DNA from: an uncultured Pelagibacteraceae bacterium | GTDB lineage: Bacteria; Pseudomonadota; Alphaproteobacteria; Pelagibacterales; AG-422-B15 | Direction of reading: 5' to 3' | Assembly: GCA_902565955.1 (NCBI GenBank) | Contig: CACFGR010000003.1 | Location: 1-40,661 of the forward strand | Length of the DNA stretch: 40,661 nt | Made by a program: the position numbers and the translations under genes | Notes under the pieces: model-generated | The model's database searches: none | Told to the model about the DNA's origin: nothing | What the model saw: only the letters and a program-made list of their open reading frames with translations | Shown here: positions 38,316 to 40,661 of the stretch, in pieces | Position numbering within the stretch: position 1 is the first letter of the stretch | Layout: each line of letters starts with the position of its first letter

Positions 38316-39629
38316 ATGGCAAAAAACAAATTCAATCCAGCAGACTCTGTAAATCCTGAAACAATTGCATTGCATGGAGGTGATTACAGAAGCGATCCAT
38401 CTACTACATCGGTTGCGGTACCGATTTATCAGACTACATCATATCAATTTCATAATACTGAACACGCGGCTAATTTATTTGGAGCTAAAGATTTTGGAAA
38501 TATTTATACAAGAATAATGAATCCAACTGTAGATGTTCTGGAAAAAAGAGTTGCGGCAATGGAAGGTGGTGTGGGAGCCTTATGCGTTAGCTCTGGTCAG
38601 TCAGCCTCTATGTTGAGTATACAAAATTTAGTAAAGGCAGGAGATAATATCGTAAGTTCTACAGATTTATATGGTGGAACATGGAATTTATTTGCAAACA
38701 CAATGAAAGATTTAGGAATAGAAGTCAGATTTGCAGACCCAACAGACCCTGAAAGTTTTAGAAAAATGACAGATGATAATACTCGTGCTTATTATGCTGA
38801 AACTTTACCTAATCCTAAACTAAAAGTCTTTCCAATAAGGGAAGTGGCAGATATTGGAGATGAATATAATATTCCTCTTATTGTGGATAATACTGCAGCG
38901 CCTGTAATTTGTAAGCCAATTGAACATGGCGCAACTATTGTTGTGCATTCACTTACAAAATTCATAGGTGGCCATGGTACAACGATTGGAGGAATCATTG
39001 TTGATAGCGGTAAATTTGATTGGGCAAAAGATCCTAAAAGACAACCTATGTTAAATAATCCTGATCCAAGTTATCATGGTATGATATGGACTGAATTCGC
39101 TAAGGCTGTTGGTCCTATAGCTTATATTGTAAGAGCTAGATTTGTTGGTCTAAGAGACTTAGGTCCCGCTCTTCCACCTCAAAGTGCATTTCAAATAATT
39201 CAAGGTTTAGAAACTGTGTCATTAAGAATGGAAAAACATTGTTCTAATGCTGCAAAAGTTGCAGAATATCTTTCAAGTCACAACAAGGTTTCGCGAGTTA
39301 TATATGCCGGTCTTGATGAGGGAGAAGCAGGTGAAAGAGCTAACAAATATCTCAAAGGAGGTCACGGTGCACTATGCGGCATTGAACTCAAAGGAGGTAA
39401 GGCAAGTGGTGAAAAGTTTATTAATAACTTAAATATGTTTTATCATGTTGCCAACATTGGTGATGCAAGAAGTTTGGCTATACACCCTGCTTCCACTACT
39501 CACTCTCAATTATCTGATGAGGATATGGAGTCAGCCGGAGTTAATCCAAGTTATGTGAGATTGTCAATAGGCATAGAACATATTGATGACATTATCGAAG
39601 ATCTCAAAAATGCTCTTGATGCAGCATAG
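38316..39629 (+). CDS. metY: O-acetylhomoserine aminocarboxypropyltransferase / sulfhydrylase
   Basis: PIYQTTSY, GNIYTRIMNPT, VHSLTKFIGGHG (PLP Lys), ANIGDARSLAIHPASTTH. Confidence 0.95.
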   Translation: MAKNKFNPADSVNPETIALHGGDYRSDPSTTSVAVPIYQTTSYQFHNTEHAANLFGAKDFGNIYTRIMNPTVDVLEKRVAAMEGGVGALCVSSGQSASMLSIQNLVKAGDNIVSSTDLYGGTWNLFANTMKDLGIEVRFADPTDPESFRKMTDDNTRAYYAETLPNPKLKVFPIREVADIGDEYNIPLIVDNTAAPVICKPIEHGATIVVHSLTKFIGGHGTTIGGIIVDSGKFDWAKDPKRQPMLNNPDPSYHGMIWTEFAKAVGPIAYIVRARFVGLRDLGPALPPQSAFQIIQGLETVSLRMEKHCSNAAKVAEYLSSHNKVSRVIYAGLDEGEAGERANKYLKGGHGALCGIELKGGKASGEKFINNLNMFYHVANIGDARSLAIHPASTTHSQLSDEDMESAGVNPSYVRLSIGIEHIDDIIEDLKNALDAA

Positions 39630-39636
39630 ATTTTAG

Positions 39637-40661
39637 TTAAAAGTCTCTTCGGAGATAATTGCTTCGGTGAGACTTTTTGCTTAACATCCACATCGATATT
39701 GATACAAGAAATAAAACAATGGCATTCCCTTGGTGGGCAAGAGCTAAATACCACGGGATGTTCTGAAAAGTCATTAGCACCCCAAGCAAAATTTGTAATA
39801 TAAATGTAAAATTAAATGTCAATAATAAATAATTTTTTTTAATGTCATTATTTTTTTTAAAAAAATCATAATTGACGTAAATAATTAAAAGTAAGATAAA
39901 TATAGCAAAAGTACGGTGAATAAATATTATATATTCTCCTCTCTCGAAAAAATTAATAATGCCTCTCAAACTATTATTTTCAATTAGAGGAAAAATATTG
40001 CCATTATACATAGGCCAAGTATTAAACAATAATCCTGAATGAGTACCAGAAACAAAGGCACCATAAGCAATTTGAAGAAAAATAAATAATAATAATATTA
40101 AGAATAAGTACTCATTGTAAGTTTTATAAAAATTTGTCTTCTTATAAATATATTTCATATTAACCTCTAAAAATGTTTGGAACGTAATACCTAAAATAAT
40201 AAAAGCCATTGTTAAATGCATCGCCAAACGATATTGACTTACATCAACTCTTCCAATAAGACCACTTTGAACCATATACCAGCCAATCACAGCCTGAAAA
40301 CCAAGTAAAAAACCAATTAAAAATATTCTTAGAAAATAATAACTTTGGATTTTTTTCTTTATTAATAAATATATTAATGGAGCTAAATATAATAACCCAA
40401 TTAATCGTGCAAAGAATCTATGAAACCACTCCCAAAAATATATAGTTTTAAATTCATTCAGCGTCATAGCACTATTGATAAGCATAAACTCATCAATTTT
40501 TTTATATTTATTGAACTCTACTTGCCATTGAGCTTCACTAAAAGGGTAAATTACTCCTGAAATTGGAAGCCATTCTGTTATTGATAGACCTGAGTCAGAT
40601 ATTCTAGTATATCCTCCAATAAGTATTATTGCACAAATAGATAATGTTAGAGATAATAGCC
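39637..40661 (-). CDS. ctaA: Heme A synthase (Cox15/CtaA type 2), 5' end outside window
   Basis: Frame stays open past the ORF-track start to the edge (IGGYTRISDSGLSITEW); EWFHR, VSQYRLAMHL, HR and HQ His ligands. Confidence 0.93.
   Translation of the reverse strand, partial: LLSLTLSICAIILIGGYTRISDSGLSITEWLPISGVIYPFSEAQWQVEFNKYKKIDEFMLINSAMTLNEFKTIYFWEWFHRFFARLIGLLYLAPLIYLLIKKKIQSYYFLRIFLIGFLLGFQAVIGWYMVQSGLIGRVDVSQYRLAMHLTMAFIILGITFQTFLEVNMKYIYKKTNFYKTYNEYLFLILLLFIFLQIAYGAFVSGTHSGLLFNTWPMYNGNIFPLIENNSLRGIINFFERGEYIIFIHRTFAIFILLLIIYVNYDFFKKNNDIKKNYLLLTFNFTFILQILLGVLMTFQNIPWYLALAHQGNAIVLFLVSISMWMLSKKSHRSNYLRRDF

Noticed and set aside
39637-40485. ctaA as a truncated 282-aa protein or pseudogene
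   Set aside because: The frame continues open with conserved GG.TR..DSGLSITEW to the window edge

Overview
AT-rich, very compact chromosomal segment that looks like a streamlined marine alphaproteobacterium (inferred from alpha-type synteny pcm-popZ-valS, rplM-rpsI-argC and hom-glpX-recJ, plus aapJQMP, AOX and a photolyase). The standout feature is missing from the ORF track: one uninterrupted minus-strand ORF of at least 2503 codons (7510 to off the left edge). It encodes an acidic, Ala-rich, apparently Lys-free protein built from ~15-residue Pro-punctuated repeats that grades into a Met/Gly/Pro-rich low-complexity domain. It lies 31 bp downstream of a TolC-family gene with its own sigma70-like promoter, making it a candidate type I-secreted giant surface protein system. 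The rest is mostly housekeeping and nutrient or stress genes (ilvD, valS, popZ-like, pcm, aapJQMP, aguAB, thiBP, nhaD, gpx, photolyase, aox, recJ, glpX, hom, argC, rpsI, rplM, metY, ctaA). There are also five tRNAs, a TPP riboswitch and a SAM-II-like riboswitch with terminator. No CRISPR array, rRNA or mobile element was seen. All calls come from manual reading; no database searches were run.
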